Shown here in pieces: positions 30,320-40,565 of a stretch of DNA of 64,000 bases. The notes under the pieces are model-generated. The model saw only the letters and a program-made list of their open reading frames with translations, did no database searches and was not told the DNA's origin. How positions within the stretch are numbered: the first letter of the stretch is position 1; every line of letters begins with the position of its first letter. The DNA comes from Rhodospirillales bacterium (GTDB taxonomy: Bacteria > Pseudomonadota > Alphaproteobacteria > Rhodospirillales > JAPHRK01), in the NCBI GenBank assembly GCA_026196105.1, contig JAPHRK010000050.1, forward strand, positions 1,455 through 65,454, given 5' to 3'. Both the position numbers and the translations under genes were made by a program.

Positions 30320-31527
30320 AGGGTTTCTCCTATGGCGTCGGCAATGGTTGGAATATCTTTATCACCCCGTCCACTCATGCACATGACGATGATATGATCT
30401 TTGGGCAAATCTTTCGCCATTTTTCCCACATGGGCGATGGCGTGGGAGCTTTCTAAAGCAGGGATAATCCCCTCAAGCTTGGTGCAAAGCTGGAAGGCCG
30501 CGACCGCTTCATCATCGGTGACAGGTACGAACTCAACCCGCCCAACATCTTTGAGCCAGCTATGCTCTGGGCCAATACCAGGATAATCAAGGCCGGCTGA
30601 AATAGAATGAGCTTCGGTGATTTGTCCATCGTCATCTTGCAAAAGATAGGTCCGGTTACCATGCAAGACGCCCGGCGCTCCACCCGTGAGAGAAGCCGCG
30701 TGTTTGTCCGTATCCACACCAAGCCCTGCTGCTTCAACGCCCACAATTTGGACGCTAGTATCATCAAGGAAGGGGTGGAAAGTACCAATGGCGTTTGAGC
30801 CACCGCCGACACAAGCGACAATACTGTCAGGCAGGCGGCCTTCTTCTTCCATAATCTGTACTTTGGTTTCATCGCCAATAATGCACTGGAAATCCCGAAC
30901 CATGGCTGGATATGGGTGAGGCCCTGCTGCGGTACCGATCAGGTAGTAAGTGGTATCTACCGTGGCGACCCAATCGCGCATGGCTTCGTTCATAGCATCT
31001 TTAAGAGTTCCTGCCCCTGCGGTTACAGGGCGAACTTCAGCACCGAGCATTTTCATGCGGAAAACATTAGGTGCTTGGCGCTCGATGTCTTTGGCTCCCA
31101 TGAAAATTACACAAGGAAGGTCAAACAGAGCACAAACCGTTGCTGTTGCTACCCCGTGTTGCCCAGCACCGGTTTCCGCAATGATTCGGGTTTTGCCCAT
31201 ACGTTTGGCGAGCAAGATTTGCCCGATGCAATTATTGATCTTGTGAGCACCCGTATGATTGAGGTCTTCCCGCTTAAAATAAATTTTTGCGCCGCCAAAA
31301 TGCTTGGTCATGCGTTCGGCAAAATAAAGCGGGCTTGGGCGACCCACATAAGACTTGAAATAACCTTTCATAGCTTCGGCAAAAGCGGGGTCATTTTGCG
31401 CTTCATCATAGGCGCGCTCTAAGTCGAGCATCAAAGGCATTAAGGTTTCAGCGACGTAGCGTCCGCCATAGATTCCGAAGTGACCATCTTGGTCCGGCCC
31501 GGCGCGAAATGTATTAGGTTTGCTCAT
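30316..31527 (-). CDS. trpB: tryptophan synthase beta chain
   Basis: 403 aa ([11 protein letters not shown] with the PLP lysine, then GGGSNAIG). It overlaps trpA by 4 nt. Confidence 0.97.
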   Translation of the reverse strand: MSKPNTFRAGPDQDGHFGIYGGRYVAETLMPLMLDLERAYDEAQNDPAFAEAMKGYFKSYVGRPSPLYFAERMTKHFGGAKIYFKREDLNHTGAHKINNCIGQILLAKRMGKTRIIAETGAGQHGVATATVCALFDLPCVIFMGAKDIERQAPNVFRMKMLGAEVRPVTAGAGTLKDAMNEAMRDWVATVDTTYYLIGTAAGPHPYPAMVRDFQCIIGDETKVQIMEEEGRLPDSIVACVGGGSNAIGTFHPFLDDTSVQIVGVEAAGLGVDTDKHAASLTGGAPGVLHGNRTYLLQDDDGQITEAHSISAGLDYPGIGPEHSWLKDVGRVEFVPVTDDEAVAAFQLCTKLEGIIPALESSHAIAHVGKMAKDLPKDHIIVMCMSGRGDKDIPTIADAIGETL

Positions 31528-31601
31528 GATTGGTTGCTTAATCCCAAGGGAAAAAATGAGAAGCGGTTTTATAGACTACCCAAGCGGCTGTGGATAGCCT
31601 T

Positions 31602-32240
31602 TTAGGGTTTAACTGTGGCAAGAAATTGACGGATCATTTCAGGGCTTTTGACTCCAGGCTCTGATTCGACCCCAGATGAAATATCTATGGCCGTCGCCCC
31701 GAAAGTTTTTACGGCCTCAAGAACATTGCCTTGATGCAATCCGCCTGCCAGCATCCAGGGGCAGGACCAGGTCACATCTTTGAGCAAAGCCCAGTCAAAT
31801 GCCACCGCATTGCCGCCGGGCCGGGTCGCGCCCTTTGGCGGTTTGGCATCAAAGAGCAGACGATCAGCTATCTCTTCATAAGCTCGAGCGGCTTCAATAT
31901 CAGCAGACTCTGAAATTGGGCAGGCTTTCATGACTTCCAAGCCAAATTTTTGCCGTACTTCCTCAACCCGCGTAGGGCTTTCTTTGCCATGAAGCTGAAT
32001 GAGGTCAAGACGTACATGACGCAGGACAGTGTCGAGGAACTCATCGTTGGGGTCGACAAACAACCCAACCTTAGTCACGTCGCTGGGAACTCCATCCAAA
32101 ATTTCAGCTGCCTGTTCAGGGTCAATGTTACGAGGACTAGGAGGGAAGAACACAACTCCCAGATAGTCCGCCCCGTTTTCAACAGCAGCGATAACAGAAT
32201 CTCGATCTTTAAGCCCACAAATTTTGACGGAAATTGTCAT
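31602..32240 (-). CDS. trpF: phosphoribosylanthranilate isomerase
   Basis: 212 aa (VKICGL..., ADYLGVVFFPPSPR, IQLHG). Confidence 0.93.
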   Translation of the reverse strand: MTISVKICGLKDRDSVIAAVENGADYLGVVFFPPSPRNIDPEQAAEILDGVPSDVTKVGLFVDPNDEFLDTVLRHVRLDLIQLHGKESPTRVEEVRQKFGLEVMKACPISESADIEAARAYEEIADRLLFDAKPPKGATRPGGNAVAFDWALLKDVTWSCPWMLAGGLHQGNVLEAVKTFGATAIDISSGVESEPGVKSPEMIRQFLATVKP

Positions 32241-32953
32241 TATCCACCCAGCTCTTCAGCAATTTTTTTCGCGGCTTCAACTGGATCATCTGCTTGGGTG
32301 ATGGGGCGGCCGATGACCAGGTAGTCGGCACCGGCGGCGATGGCATCGGCGGGGGTCATGATGCGTTTTTGGTCACCTGTTGCTGCCCAAGCGGGGCGGA
32401 TACCGGGGACCATGAGGGCGAAATCTTTGCCGCAGGCTTCGCGAATGGCAGTGATTTCTTTAGCTGAGCAAACAACCCCATCAAGGCCAGAGTTTTTGGC
32501 AAGCTTGGCGAGACGCACCACTTGATCAAGGACGGAGCTTTCAACGCCAACACCATCAAGGTCTTCTTGGCTCATGGAGGTTAAAACCGTAACGCCAAGA
32601 ACTTGTGAGCGCTTGTCACCCGCTTCCGCCGCTGCTTCCGCCGCCTTTGCCATCATTACAGCGCCGCCAGATGCATGGACATTAACAAAAAGGGGGTTAA
32701 GTGGTTGGGAGGCCCGAACCGCCGCTGCTACAGTATTGGGGATATCGTGCCATTTGAGATCAAGAAAAACTGGCATGCCGACTTTGCTCACTTCAGCTAC
32801 CCCTTGGGGGCCGTTAGCGGTGAAAAACTCTTTGCCCATTTTGACACCACCAACCCAATCTCTGAGTTTTTCAGCCAGAGAAACCGCCTCAGCCACATCA
32901 GTGATATCAAGGGCAACAAAAATACGATCTGAAGGTTTAGCAATGGTGGTCAT
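32240..32953 (-). CDS. pyrF: orotidine 5'-phosphate decarboxylase
   Basis: 237 aa (IFVALD, FLDLKWHDIPNTV, LVIGRPI). Its stop overlaps the trpF start by 1 nt. Confidence 0.95.
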   Translation of the reverse strand: MTTIAKPSDRIFVALDITDVAEAVSLAEKLRDWVGGVKMGKEFFTANGPQGVAEVSKVGMPVFLDLKWHDIPNTVAAAVRASQPLNPLFVNVHASGGAVMMAKAAEAAAEAGDKRSQVLGVTVLTSMSQEDLDGVGVESSVLDQVVRLAKLAKNSGLDGVVCSAKEITAIREACGKDFALMVPGIRPAWAATGDQKRIMTPADAIAAGADYLVIGRPITQADDPVEAAKKIAEELGG

Positions 32954-32962
32954 GGTTATTCC

Positions 32963-33895
32963 TTAGTTACGATCAAAGACCAATTGGGCTGCTGCTAAGT
33001 CTTCAAGGGCAGTGCCAACGGATTTAAAAAGAGTGATTTCCTGAACCGTATCGCGACCTTCATGGGTTCCCCGGCAAAGATCGAAAAGGCCAGCGTTTAT
33101 ATCATCATGGGTGATAATACCGCGATTTAACGGATCGGCAATATCACCCGATTCTTTGCATGCACCTTCACGGGTATCGACAAAAAGGCGGCAGCGTTTA
33201 ATAGCGTCATCATCGGTTTCGCGCATTTGGGGGCGGAATCCGCCAACGAGGTCCAAATGTTGTCCTGGTTGGAGCCAAGCTCCTTTAACGAGGGGATTTT
33301 CACTTAAAGTGGCGCAGGAAATAATATGGGCTTGGGCTACTGCCCCTTCTAAATCATCCGTCGTTCTTACCTGGAAACCTTCGTTTCTTAAGCTTTTTGA
33401 TAAGGCGTCGGCTTTTTCTAAGGAGCGACCCCAAATAGTTACTTTTTTAAGGGGCCGAACACTTGAATGGGCTCTAATCAATTCAGGCGCAAGTTTTCCG
33501 GTTCCTACCATGAGGAGGTGGTTGCTGTCTGGGCGCGAGAGATAACGAGAGGCCAAAGCTGAGGCTGCCGCCGTCCGTCTCGCCGTTAGCTCACGACCCT
33601 CAATCATGGCAAGGGGTTCGCCGGTTTTACCATTGAGCAGAAGGTAGGAGGCCATGACAGCAGGGAGGTTTTGCTGGTTATTATCAGGAAAAACACTAGC
33701 GATTTTTATGCCAATAACTTCTCCTTGTTTCCAAGCAGGCATAAGAAGCAAAGTCCCATCAGCCCCGTTCCCCCCAATAGTATGGTGATGGCGCAAGGGG
33801 ACAGTAAAATTGTCGTTGAAAGCTTTCCCTAGCTGATCAATAAGAGACGGATAATCTAGGGTTTTAATAACCTGTTGGGCATCAATATTGATCAC
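32963..33895 (-). CDS. ornithine cyclodeaminase / mu-crystallin family protein
   Basis: 310 aa with family-typical segments (LLLMPAW, TARRTAAASALASRYL, LLMVGTGKLA). Confidence 0.85.
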   Translation of the reverse strand: MINIDAQQVIKTLDYPSLIDQLGKAFNDNFTVPLRHHHTIGGNGADGTLLLMPAWKQGEVIGIKIASVFPDNNQQNLPAVMASYLLLNGKTGEPLAMIEGRELTARRTAAASALASRYLSRPDSNHLLMVGTGKLAPELIRAHSSVRPLKKVTIWGRSLEKADALSKSLRNEGFQVRTTDDLEGAVAQAHIISCATLSENPLVKGAWLQPGQHLDLVGGFRPQMRETDDDAIKRCRLFVDTREGACKESGDIADPLNRGIITHDDINAGLFDLCRGTHEGRDTVQEITLFKSVGTALEDLAAAQLVFDRN

Positions 33896-33901
33896 GAGCC
33901 C

Positions 33902-34279
33902 TTAAGCCGCATCTGCCGATTTGTTATCTTGAGGGGTGAGTTGGAGAGCTCGACTTTGAGCCGCAGGCGCAGCAGGTTTTGTTGCCGCTTCAAGGTCTTT
34001 AATTTGGTCCTGAAAACGTTCGATCTTACGCTTAGATATTTCCATATCGCGTTCCCTTGCCCGTGCTAAATGCTTCCATTTGGTCAGTGGGAACAGGGAT
34101 AAAAACCCTGCGACAAGGAAACCTACAAGGGCAGCACCGAGAATTGCTAGATAAAGGGGAGCTTCCTGTTTGAAGGGAAGAGGCCATAGGTCAAGGGTAA
34201 CCGGATCACGATTAGAAATGGCAAACGACATCGCCGCAATAGCTACAATAGCCACAATGATCCAAGAAATCAGCCGCAC
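33902..34279 (-). CDS. LapA/DUF1049-family inner-membrane protein
   Basis: 125 aa with two N-terminal TM helices and a coiled C-terminus. The position next to ihfB is typical in Alphaproteobacteria. Confidence 0.7.
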   Translation of the reverse strand: MRLISWIIVAIVAIAAMSFAISNRDPVTLDLWPLPFKQEAPLYLAILGAALVGFLVAGFLSLFPLTKWKHLARARERDMEISKRKIERFQDQIKDLEAATKPAAPAAQSRALQLTPQDNKSADAA

Positions 34280-34360
34280 GGCATTATCCTCTATGTAATT
34301 CGATAAGTTTAACTAAATTCGATCAACCTTATACCAACACTATGGGGTAAAGGAAAAGGA

Positions 34361-34639
34361 TCAGCTATTTAGTTTATCGCGAAGTTGTTTCCCAGTTTTA
34401 AAGAAGGGAATATACTTTGATTCGACTTTGACTGCATCACCTGTGCGTGGGTTGCGGCCAATACGAGCGTCGCGCTGCTTAACTGAGAAAGCTCCGAAGC
34501 CGCGCAATTCAACCCGATCCCCTTTTGCGAGAGCGGCAGAAATTTCATCAAAGATCGTGGAGACGATTCGCTCAACGTCTCTTTGGTATAAATGCGGATT
34601 TGCTTCCGCTAACATCGTAATTAATTCAGATTTAGTCAT
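34361..34639 (-). CDS. ihfB: integration host factor beta subunit
   Basis: MTKSELI...[29 protein letters not shown] use the ATG at 34639 rather than the track start at 34648. Confidence 0.93.
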   Translation of the reverse strand: MTKSELITMLAEANPHLYQRDVERIVSTIFDEISAALAKGDRVELRGFGAFSVKQRDARIGRNPRTGDAVKVESKYIPFFKTGKQLRDKLNS

Positions 34640-34681
34640 TAGCCACACCTCACTGCTTATAGTGCGGGTTTGTTCCCCGTG

Positions 34682-35593
34682 CTAATTAGCAGGGTGCCAA
34701 AGCGAGAGAAGCCCGTCAAGTGTAAGCCTCTCAGAAAACAGACTTTTTCCCGTTATTCCACTAATTATATCCTGGATTATGGGTAAATCATCTTTCAAAC
34801 GAACATCTTTCACGGGAATTTTGGTGTCGATCTCTCTTTTTTCTTTGAGCCAGGTGATTGCTGTTTCTTGCCCGCCAATGGCATCAACCAAGCCATTTTT
34901 GAGGGCTTGCCGCCCAGTGTAAATTCGCCCATCGGCTAATTCTATGGTCTTATCTAAGGGCATGTTGCGGCGTTTAGAAACCATTTCGACAAACATATGA
35001 TACATATCCATTACCACGGCTTTGGTGGCGGCCCGACCTTCATCACTTAATACCTCTAAGGGGCTTGGTTGAGCTTTTAAGGGACGACTTTTGATGGATT
35101 CGGGTTTAATACCGATCTTTTCGAATAATCCTGTAAATTCCGTCGTTTGCAGGATAACGCCGATTGAACCTGTGATAGTTCCTTGGCGTGCGACAATATG
35201 GTCAGCGGCAATAGCGGTCATATAACCAGCCGACGTTGCCAACTCTCCCATAACGGCGACCACGGGCTTCTTTTCAGTGATTTCACGAAGAGAGGTATAG
35301 AGGTTTTCTCCGCCGACAACTGTACCTCCTGGGCTGTTGATCCGTACTATAACGGCTTTGACCTTCTCATCTTTGGCAATATCAGCCAGCAGTTTATCCC
35401 GCTTGGGATCATCAACGATCACCCCGGAGACTTCAAACTTTGCAATATAATCACCTAACTGTGGCGTAAATGTCCCTCGCCCAAAAAACAGAGCAACTGA
35501 AACGGCAATGGCAATGATAGCAAAAATTTGCCACAGGCGAAGACGTTTTTTGAGTTGGCGACGATCAACAACCGAATCGGCATCAAGGGACAT
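34682..35593 (-). CDS. sppA: signal peptide peptidase SppA, 36K type
   Basis: 303 aa with an N-terminal TM segment and a ClpP-fold serine peptidase motif (ATSAGYMTAIAADHIVA...GSIGV). Confidence 0.9.
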   Translation of the reverse strand: MSLDADSVVDRRQLKKRLRLWQIFAIIAIAVSVALFFGRGTFTPQLGDYIAKFEVSGVIVDDPKRDKLLADIAKDEKVKAVIVRINSPGGTVVGGENLYTSLREITEKKPVVAVMGELATSAGYMTAIAADHIVARQGTITGSIGVILQTTEFTGLFEKIGIKPESIKSRPLKAQPSPLEVLSDEGRAATKAVVMDMYHMFVEMVSKRRNMPLDKTIELADGRIYTGRQALKNGLVDAIGGQETAITWLKEKREIDTKIPVKDVRLKDDLPIIQDIISGITGKSLFSERLTLDGLLSLWHPAN

Positions 35594-35720
35594 AATAGAC
35601 TCATTTATTTAGTGTTAGGATTGGCCCGTTGACCAATCTGCGTTCAAGCGTCATTTGATTAGCTAGCTTTAGGGGCTACTTTAATATGAAAGCACTTAAA
35701 TATTAATAGTCTGGTTTCTC

Positions 35721-35758
35721 CAAAAGAAAACCCCCCGGCCTAAAGACCGAGGGGTTTT
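35721..35758 (-). terminator. rho-independent terminator after rpsA
   Basis: The minus strand reads AAAACCCCTCGGTC-TTTA-GGCCGGGGGG followed by TTTTCTTTT. Confidence 0.8.
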
Positions 35759-35787
35759 CTCTAATTGATTGAGATAAAGTTTTAAGA

Positions 35788-37476
35788 CTATTCGTCTTTG
35801 GACTTATCTTTTTTTGCTTCAAGAGCAGCACCAAGGATATCGCCCAAGCTTGCGCCTGAGTCAGATGATCCGTATTTGGCCATAGCTGATTTCTCTTCTT
35901 CAACCTCAAGGGCTTTAATGGAGAGAGAAACTTTGCGGTTTGCTTGATCGATCTGGGTGACTTTAACGTCAACCTTTTCGTCAACAGCAAAGCGCTCTGG
36001 GCGTTGCTCAGAACGTTCTTTGGAGAGATCGTTTTTGCGGATGAAGCCTGGAATGCCTTCGCCAACAACAACTTCGAGACCGTTTTCAGTAACAGCGGTA
36101 ACGGTAGCTGTGGTTGCAGTGCCTTTCTTAAGGCCAGCGATGCCATCGGCAAATGGATCGTTGCTGAGTTGTTTGATACCCAGGCTGATACGTCCTTTTT
36201 CAACGTCAATGTCGAGAACCTTAGCTTTAACAACTTGGCCTTTTTCATAGTCGTTGATGGCTTCTTCGCCGGTTTTCTCCCAAGAGAGATCGGAAAGGTG
36301 AACCATACCGTCGATATCGCCAGGCATACCAACAAACAGACCGAATTCGGTGATGTTTTTGATTTCGCCTTCGATTTCAGAGCCAACTGGGAACTTATCA
36401 GTGAAGCCTTCCCATGGGTTTTCCATGCACTGTTTAAGGCCAAGGCTGATACGACGACGGCTGCCGTCCACATCAAGAACAGAAACTTCAACTTCCTGAG
36501 AAGTAGAAACGATTTTGCCAGGATGTACGTTCTTTTTGGTCCAGGACATTTCTGAAACGTGAACCAAACCTTCGACACCAGGTTCCAATTCGACGAATGC
36601 GCCGTAATCGGTGATGTTGGTAACACGACCAGAGAACTTGCCGTCGATTGGGAATTTAGCTTCAACGCCTTCCCAAGGATCAGCTTCAAGCTGTTTCATG
36701 CCAAGGCTGATGCGTTGGTTATCAGAGTTAAAGCGGATAACCTGAACATTAACGGTTTGGCCGATTTGCAGAGCTTCAGATGGGTGGTTGATACGTTTCC
36801 AAGCAATGTCGGTAACGTGCAACAGACCGTCCACACCGCCAAGATCGACGAATGCGCCGTAATCGGTGATGTTTTTGACGATACCTTCGAGAACTTCACC
36901 TTCTTTAAGGTTGGAGATGAGTTCTGAACGAGCTTCTGCGCGGGTTTCTTCAAGAACGGCACGACGAGAAACAACGATGTTGCCCCTAGCGCGATCCATT
37001 TTGAGGATTTGGAAAGGTTGAACTGTGCCCATGAGAGGGCCAATGTCACGAACTGGACGGATGTCAACTTGTGAGCCAGGCAAGAAGGCCACAGCGCCAG
37101 CAACGTCAACAGTAAAGCCGCCTTTAACGCGTCCGAAGATAGCGCCATTAACGCGCTCACCAGCTTCGAAGGCTTTTTCAAGGTCACGCCAAGCTTCTTC
37201 ACGACGGGCTTTGTCGCGGCTCAGGCTGATGATACCTTCACGGTCTTCGTAGCGTTCTACGAAAACGTCAACTTTGTCGCCAGAGGTAAGATTGAACTCA
37301 ACTCCGGGATCTTTGAATTCTTTTACCGGGATACGGCCTTCAGACTTCAGTCCTACGTCGACGATCACGTGATCGTTTTCGACTTTAATAACGAGTCCGG
37401 TTACAACGGAACCTGTGAAGCGATCGCCTTCGCCCAGGGATTCCGCTAATAGATCTGCAAAATTCTCTTCAGTCAT
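35788..37476 (-). CDS. rpsA: 30S ribosomal protein S1
   Basis: 562 aa with six S1 (OB) repeats, for example GFTVDVAGAVAFLPGSQVD and YGAFVDLGGVDGLLHVTDI. Confidence 0.97.
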   Translation of the reverse strand: MTEENFADLLAESLGEGDRFTGSVVTGLVIKVENDHVIVDVGLKSEGRIPVKEFKDPGVEFNLTSGDKVDVFVERYEDREGIISLSRDKARREEAWRDLEKAFEAGERVNGAIFGRVKGGFTVDVAGAVAFLPGSQVDIRPVRDIGPLMGTVQPFQILKMDRARGNIVVSRRAVLEETRAEARSELISNLKEGEVLEGIVKNITDYGAFVDLGGVDGLLHVTDIAWKRINHPSEALQIGQTVNVQVIRFNSDNQRISLGMKQLEADPWEGVEAKFPIDGKFSGRVTNITDYGAFVELEPGVEGLVHVSEMSWTKKNVHPGKIVSTSQEVEVSVLDVDGSRRRISLGLKQCMENPWEGFTDKFPVGSEIEGEIKNITEFGLFVGMPGDIDGMVHLSDLSWEKTGEEAINDYEKGQVVKAKVLDIDVEKGRISLGIKQLSNDPFADGIAGLKKGTATTATVTAVTENGLEVVVGEGIPGFIRKNDLSKERSEQRPERFAVDEKVDVKVTQIDQANRKVSLSIKALEVEEEKSAMAKYGSSDSGASLGDILGAALEAKKDKSKDE

Positions 37477-37627
37477 AGTAAATATAGTGTCCTTAATAGT
37501 TTTGCTTTCTGGCCAGCCGGTTGTTTCCAGCGGTCTTTAACGCAATTTAAAAAAACGCGAAAAACCCCCCATTGCTTTAAGCGAGGCGGTTAACGCGCGG
37601 CTAAATTCTACAGATTAGGAGAGGTTT

Positions 37628-38263
37628 TTAATCTCTCTTTTCAGCTATATAGGACAGAGCCTTCGCAAAGACGTCATCTGCCGTCATATCGCTGGTATCA
37701 AGAACTAAGGCATCATCGGCAGCCGTTAAGGGAGCCGCTGATCGTGACGAGTCTCGTTCGTCCCGTTCCTTCATGTCCTGCAGAACGCGGGCATATATAG
37801 ACTCGACGCCCCTTTCCTGCAACTCTTTAAAGCGTCTTTCGGCCCGAACCTCCATTGAAGCGGTAATAAATAGCTTCGCAGGGGCATTTGGGCAGACAAC
37901 CGTGCCAATATCTCGCCCATCAAGCACCGCTCCCTGGTAGCTTCCGCCTGGAGTCGCGGCAAAACTTTTTTGAAAATCTAACAGTGCAGACCGTACTGCC
38001 GGGATCGCTGAAACCTTAGATGCTGCACTAGCGGCCGCGTCAGTTCTAAGGGCAGGATCATTAAAAGTTTCTGGATCAATGGAGCGCGCGGCTTGTTCAG
38101 CAATAACGGCGTCTTCTGGATCACCACCTAAATGTAGAACCTTCATGCCTGTGGCGCGATAAAGCAGCCCCGTATCCAAATAGGCAAAATTCAATTCTTT
38201 GGCAATTCGCCGGGCCAAGGTCCCTTTACCCGCAGCAGCGGGGCCATCAATAGCGACAATCAT
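37628..38263 (-). CDS. cmk: cytidylate kinase
   Basis: 211 aa with P-loop IVAIDGPAAAGKGT. Confidence 0.95.
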   Translation of the reverse strand: MIVAIDGPAAAGKGTLARRIAKELNFAYLDTGLLYRATGMKVLHLGGDPEDAVIAEQAARSIDPETFNDPALRTDAAASAASKVSAIPAVRSALLDFQKSFAATPGGSYQGAVLDGRDIGTVVCPNAPAKLFITASMEVRAERRFKELQERGVESIYARVLQDMKERDERDSSRSAAPLTAADDALVLDTSDMTADDVFAKALSYIAEKRD

Positions 38264-38315
38264 AATAAATTCTTTCTTTCCAGAGTTCCAAATTTAGGTC
38301 GCATTTTAAATAATC

Positions 38316-38343
38316 GTCATGCCTGGCTTGATCGGGCATCCAG
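38316..38343 (+). repeat. REP-like palindromic unit, variant GTCATGCCTGGCTTGATCGGGCATCCAG
   Basis: It shares the GTCAT...ATCCAG flanks and the internal dyad layout with the units at 38371, 55611 and 55688. It sits in the cmk-aroA spacer. Confidence 0.55.
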
Positions 38344-38370
38344 AGCTGCGGGAAATAATCTTATTTTCCC

Positions 38371-38397
38371 CTGGATTCCTGCTTTTGCGGGAATGAC
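38371..38397 (-). repeat. REP-like palindromic unit (reverse complement GTCATTCCCGCAAAAGCAGGAATCCAG)
   Basis: 25 of 27 positions are identical to the unit at 55611-55637. It is in inverted orientation relative to the unit at 38316. Confidence 0.8.
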
Positions 38398-38471
38398 GGT
38401 AAGAAAACGAACCCTACCCTTAAATTCTGTACCATCTTTCAGCAACTGTATATCAGAGAGCATTTATGCTT

Positions 38472-39791
38472 TCATGAAATTTTTGTTCCTAAGTTATTCA
38501 TCAAATCAACAAACCCAGGGAAGCTTGTATTGATGGGGCTTCCATCGTCGATAGTGACGGGTTCATCGCTAACCATGCCGAGAACGAGAAACGACATGGC
38601 AAGGCGGTGGTCTAATTGACTGGCAATCATGGCGCCGCCTTGAGGGGGCTTACCTTTACCATTTACGGTCATCCAATCTTCTCCGCTGCCAACATCAACA
38701 CCGCAAGCTTTCAAGCCATTGACAATCGCGGCTAGTCGATCACTTTCTTTCACCCGCAACTCAGACAAACCCGTCATTCTGGTTTGTCCTTCCGCGCAAG
38801 CTGCTGCCATGGCAAGGACTGGGTATTCGTCAATCATCGATGGGGCTCGTTCAGGGGGTACTTCAACACCTTTTAAGTTACTGCTTTTGATAACCAAATC
38901 ACCAACAGGTTCTCCCGCCTCTATGCGTTGGTTTTCAATAGAGATATTTCCCCCCATTTCCTGCAAGGTTTGAAAGAGGCCTGTGCGTAAGGGGTTCAGG
39001 CCGACATTTGTCAGGGTGACATGAGAATCGGGGACTAAGAGAGCTGCGACAATAGGGAAGGCAGCCGAGCTTGGGTCGCCCGGGACATTAACATCAACAG
39101 CGGTGAGTTCTGGTTGACCCTTAAGGGTAATGGTACGTCCCCCGTCTTCATTTTTGGCGACAGTAATATTAGCCCCAAAATGACGGAGCATAAGTTCCGT
39201 ATGGTCCCGGCATGGTGTCGGCTCTATCACGCGAGTTTCCCCCGGGGCATTGAGGCCTGCCAGCAAAACAGCTGATTTTACCTGAGCGGAAGCGACGGGA
39301 AGGACATATTCTGTCGGCAGCGAATCCACCGCACCCGTTATGGCTAAAGGGAGACGCCCTTGTGAGCGGGTTAAAAAAGAGGCCCCAACCTCCCGCAATG
39401 GCTTCATCACCCGCTCCATCGGACGGGAGCAAAGAGACGCATCGCCTGTCATAAAACTGGTGAAAGGGTGCGAAGCCAAAATTCCCATCATAAGACGGGC
39501 GGCAGTTCCGGCATTTCCCATATTGAGAACTTCATGTGGCTCGATAAACCCCCCGACGCCGCGACCAATAACCTTCCAACGCCCGTCTTCTTCTCGGGTC
39601 ACTTTAGCCCCGAGAATCCTTAAAGCTTCGGCCGTGGCCAGAACATCTTCTCCTTCGAGTAATCCGGTAACTTTTGTTTCTCCAATTGCTAGGGAGCCAA
39701 ACATTAAAGCCCGGTGGGAAATAGATTTATCTCCAGGGATTGCAACCATCCCAACTAAGGGGGTCGCTTTTGCGGAACTAAGACGGGTCAA
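38472..39791 (-). CDS. aroA: 3-phosphoshikimate 1-carboxyvinyltransferase (EPSP synthase)
   Basis: 439 aa (PGDKSISHRALMF, LNMGNAGTAARL, RVKESDR). Confidence 0.96.
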   Translation of the reverse strand: MTRLSSAKATPLVGMVAIPGDKSISHRALMFGSLAIGETKVTGLLEGEDVLATAEALRILGAKVTREEDGRWKVIGRGVGGFIEPHEVLNMGNAGTAARLMMGILASHPFTSFMTGDASLCSRPMERVMKPLREVGASFLTRSQGRLPLAITGAVDSLPTEYVLPVASAQVKSAVLLAGLNAPGETRVIEPTPCRDHTELMLRHFGANITVAKNEDGGRTITLKGQPELTAVDVNVPGDPSSAAFPIVAALLVPDSHVTLTNVGLNPLRTGLFQTLQEMGGNISIENQRIEAGEPVGDLVIKSSNLKGVEVPPERAPSMIDEYPVLAMAAACAEGQTRMTGLSELRVKESDRLAAIVNGLKACGVDVGSGEDWMTVNGKGKPPQGGAMIASQLDHRLAMSFLVLGMVSDEPVTIDDGSPINTSFPGFVDLMNNLGTKIS

Positions 39792-39969
39792 ATTTTTTCT
39801 CTAAAACTGGTTTAAATTCATTAGGCAATTCGCTAGGTAACATGAAATACTACATCATTGATAGAGAGGCATTGCCAAGATGAAAAGTTTTTGTCATATC
39901 GAAGGTTAGTTTCTATTTCTAACTGGAAAAAGGTTAGATCGGTTCGGGAAAGATTTTGGAGGATTAAAC

Positions 39970-40347
39970 GTGGCCAAACCGGAACTTGGAAAAAAACATG
40001 TCTGCCATAGCTGTGGAGCTCATTATTATGATCTCAACGCCGAAAAAGTAAAATGTCCTAAATGTGGCAAGGCACCAAAGAAGAGTAAAGTCGCTGAAGT
40101 TATAGCCAGCGAAGTTGTTGAGGAAATTGTGACCGAAACCTCTAGCGTTGTTGAGCTAGATGCCAATGGCAATGAGGTTGTCAGCTTAGAAGACCTTGTC
40201 GATGATGATCTTGAAGATGATGATTTGGATGAAGATGATGAAGAAAACGGCTTAATTGCTGATGCATCTGACCTTGGTGAAGATGATGATGATTTGTCTG
40301 AGGTGATGGAACACATTGACGAAGGAACTGTAGATACAGGTGATTAA
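39970..40347 (+). CDS. zinc-ribbon protein with poly-acidic tail (FYDLN_acid family)
   Basis: 125 aa with a GTG start. It has CHSCGAHYYDLN...CPKCG followed by a D/E-rich C-terminal half. Confidence 0.75.
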   Translation: MAKPELGKKHVCHSCGAHYYDLNAEKVKCPKCGKAPKKSKVAEVIASEVVEEIVTETSSVVELDANGNEVVSLEDLVDDDLEDDDLDEDDEENGLIADASDLGEDDDDLSEVMEHIDEGTVDTGD

Positions 40348-40486
40348 TAGGTTAAACCCCACTTGAGGGGGAATTTTTTGCTTGCAAAGGGGGGAGGATG
40401 ATCTATTTTCCCCACCGCGTCGAGCATGGTTAGGGAAACTAACACACCCTCTTCAATGATCCCTATCGACGTTGAAGACATAAAAT

Positions 40487-40562
40487 GGGGCCTTAGCTCA
40501 GCTGGGAGAGCGCAACACTGGCAGTGTTGAGGTCAGCGGTTCGATCCCGCTAGGCTCCACCA
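40487..40562 (+). tRNA. tRNA-Ala (anticodon GGC)
   Basis: 76 nt, folded by hand. The acceptor is GGGGCCT/AGGCTCC with the G3:U70 Ala identity pair. The D arm is GCTC/GAGC. The anticodon stem is CAACA/TGTTG with loop CTGGCAG. The T arm is AGCGG-TTCGATC-CCGCT, and CCA is encoded. Confidence 0.93.
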
Positions 40563-40565
40563 ATG

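Noticed and set aside
35703-36689. 328-aa ORF on the same strand as rpsA in another frame, running past the rpsA stop.
   Set aside because: It lies almost entirely inside the S1 gene. Its K/L/S/T-rich low-complexity translation has no motifs. It is an alternate-frame artefact of a long, highly expressed gene.
38316-38397. Whether the REP units (here and at 55611-55714) could be a CRISPR array or a transposon.
   Set aside because: There are only two units per locus, in inverted rather than direct orientation. There are no cas genes, no spacer periodicity and no transposase. A REP/BIME-like interpretation fits better.
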